Positions 61,754-64,000 of a stretch of 64,000 bases of DNA are shown piece by piece. A program made the position numbers and the translations under genes. Source of the stretch: Sarea resinae (Eukaryota); NCBI GenBank assembly GCA_026026165.1, contig JAPEUD010000007.1, positions 310,001 through 374,000 on the forward strand, given 5' to 3'. The notes beneath the pieces are model-generated. The model did no database searches and was not told the DNA's origin. It worked only from the letters and a program-made list of their open reading frames with translations. Each line of letters begins with the position of its first letter. Positions within the stretch are counted from its first letter, which is position 1.

Positions 61754-63808
61754 TCACGTCATTCTCCTCCTTGGATCCTGCGCATCTTCTCTCCTGAAAT
61801 CCCTCAGCTCCTTCGTGCCCAGACTGCCCAAGCCACCCTCGAGTCTCCTCTTCCAGCCGCCGAGGCGGATAACCAGACAGGTAGCATTATCGCCGTCGAC
61901 GCTGACATCAGTAGCGAAGCTGACGACGTCGTGCGCGGCGGCGTCGGGGGTGCGGGCCTCCTTGACGATATCGACAATCTCCTGATCGCTGAGCGTGCCG
62001 CTGATGCCGTCGGAGACCAGCACGAGGAAGGAGAACTCGGCGGGGCCGAGCTCGGTGCGGCGGATCTCCGGCTCGGCCGACACGCCGATGCGCTTCGATT
62101 GCATGTCGCCAAAGGCGCGCGTGTTGGCGAGCCCCGACATGCGCTCCTCGCCAAACGAGTCCGTGACGAAGGTCGTGGCGTAGCGGCGCAGGCGCCGGCC
62201 CTCGGACTGCGTGGCTGGGTGGTGGTCCGTCGTCAGCGGGCAGGCGGCGCCGGTGGCGGTTTCGCAGAGCAGGATGCGCGTGTCGCCGACGTGGGCGGTG
62301 ATCAGGGACGCGTGGCTGGCGGGGTGCCAGTAGGGCGTCGGGTTCGGGGTCGAGATGAGCGCGATCGAGCAGGTGGAGCCGCCCTTGAAGCGCTTGAGGC
62401 CGCCGATCTGCTTGGAGGGCTCGTCGAAGATGTCGGATGCGTTCAGAGGCCGGTCCGCCTCGACGGCGTCTTCCTCTTCGTGTTTGCGCGCCTGCGCCGA
62501 GATGAAGTCGAGATCGGCACGGAGGAAGGCGTGCATGAGGACGGGTTCGATGCTGAGGCCGTCGCTGGGCCGGCTGGCGATCTCGTGCAGGTGTCTGTCG
62601 CGCTGCCGTTTGGCTTCTTTGCTGTGAGGGTGCGGGTGGTCATGGCGGCCTTGAGGCAGCGAGAAGTATTCCGGCCGGAATCGCCGGAAGTAACCGCCTA
62701 CGGTCTCTCGCCATTGATGCACAATCGAGCGTTCCAGGTCGAAGATTTTCTCTCGGTTGCCGCCTTGTGTCAAAGACGGTTCGCCGGGAGATGGCTGTGC
62801 GTGCGTCTGGTGCGCCGCAGGCGGTACCAGACCGCCGTCTGAGGTTGTGGTTTGCTGGTCTTGCGTTGTAGCAGATAGTGGCTCCTTTGCTGGTGCTCTA
62901 GACGTGTCGCTCTGCTGGCCTTGGGTAGGTTTTGCGGCAGTAACCTCGGGCGTTACAGGGGCAGATTCGATTTCACCTGCCTTATCGGCGGTATTCAAGC
63001 TCGATCGGAGCTCGAATTGCTGCGCCGACTCCTCGATATAACCATGTAGTCTCTCCATGAGGAAATCGCTGCATTCTGCGCCTCCATGCCCATCAAACAC
63101 GCCATAGTAGAAGACTTGCGGATCCCCATTCTTGCTCTCCGCTGCAGTGACCTCGCCGCTTTCTATTTTACCATTTGGTGACCGTGTGAGTGATATGGGT
63201 GCTCGCTTTGCAAACGACGGCAGGTCAATGACGCCGGCCTGAAAAGTGTCTTCATTGTATCCTCTGCTTCCCCTCGAGACCGCGACGCCAAAATGATGCT
63301 TTGCGCTACGGATGGGTATTCGGACGGTGGTCGTATCTCTCGCACGGCCGATCAGATGAGAAGCAGGCGAAGATGACCCATTTGGTGCTGGCGTCTCGGA
63401 GGATGGAGCGGTCCGGGGCAGATTCGAGGAGCGAGAATCCGGGTGGAGAGAAGACGAAGGCAGATTCGTCACGAAATAGTTGTGGAAGCACCTTTTCTGA
63501 TAAGCGTCGAGGCAGACGTGTTTCTTGATGCGGGGTCGAGACGACGTCTGCATCATCGCCATGCCATCATCTCGCGGGGCCACTTCAGCCCGGCTGAGGG
63601 CGTCGCACGAACTGTATCGGACATGGCTCGCCCAACTTCCACCGTCCCTCGAGACGTAGGTGGCGATGAAGCCTGAGGACGTCGCAGTGTGTCAGTAGAC
63701 TGATCATGCCATGGAGATGGAGCTGGCAGATTTACCGTAAGTATCTCTCAGCGTCCAAACGTGCTGGCGTTGGCGGTGCAGCAGAGCGCGGGAGCCAGCT
63801 CTACACAT
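61754..63808 (-). CDS. PTC6: Mitochondrial PP2C phosphatase (Ptc6/Aup1-like)
   Basis: Probable exon 1 63808-63736 (MCRAGSRALLHRQRQHVW..., Arg-rich), intron 63735-63673, in frame with ORF 63583-61754. FHNYFVT, SRGSRGYNED, VFDGHGG, GGSTCS, HVGDTR, ANTRAFGD, VSDG, DNAT. Confidence 0.88.
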
Positions 63809-64000
63809 GACGAGCTAGAGGCACGAGGCGCCAACAGAGGACACGATCATTGATGTCGAGGATGCCAATCGTCAGCACATTATCGCTGCCAGCATTTGAG
63901 GAGGACGAGTATGGAGTCTGGAGTCTGGCGTCTGGTGTCTTGAAGGTGCTGGGAGGTTTGCAGTCGCCCTCTTCATCGTCCGTCGTCCTCGTCTCGTAGT

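Noticed and set aside
61625..62842. 405-aa antisense ORF, and similar ones at 9251-10318, 40589-41122 and 4943-5581
   Set aside because: Shadow frames of real genes, mostly GC-rich, on the opposite strand; no independent motifs.

Overview
Gene-dense stretch of a filamentous ascomycete (Pezizomycotina-type) nuclear chromosome: short GT-AG introns with CTRAY branch points and typical fungal housekeeping genes. I can trace about 23 protein-coding genes (BTB/POZ protein, GST, complex I subunit NDUFB4, DUF1295, OSGIN-like flavoprotein, RCM1, LCAT-like hydrolase, PHD-finger protein, sideroflexin FSF1, PIS1, LAMMER kinase, YSH1, TAF4, SEC65, secreted aspartic protease, DBP6, SPT14/GPI3, GNAT, hybrid histidine kinase, ExoIII/APE-type nuclease, PTC6) and one intron-containing tRNA-Arg(UCG). 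There is no secondary-metabolite cluster, intact transposon or CRISPR array. The most unusual observations are: (1) four islands of GC-rich codons plus microsatellite expansion, each centred on the 3' ends of a convergent gene pair; (2) an in-frame TGA at codon 30 of the DUF1295 gene that could be removed by a 72-nt GT-AG intron; (3) a 460-nt structured intron splitting the HxHxDH catalytic motif of the polyadenylation endonuclease YSH1; (4) a cluster of PacC-type GCCARG sites upstream of the aspartic protease; (5) a candidate spliced micro-ORF at 14.9-15.2 kb. All family assignments come from motif recognition and recollection of homologues, not from database searches.
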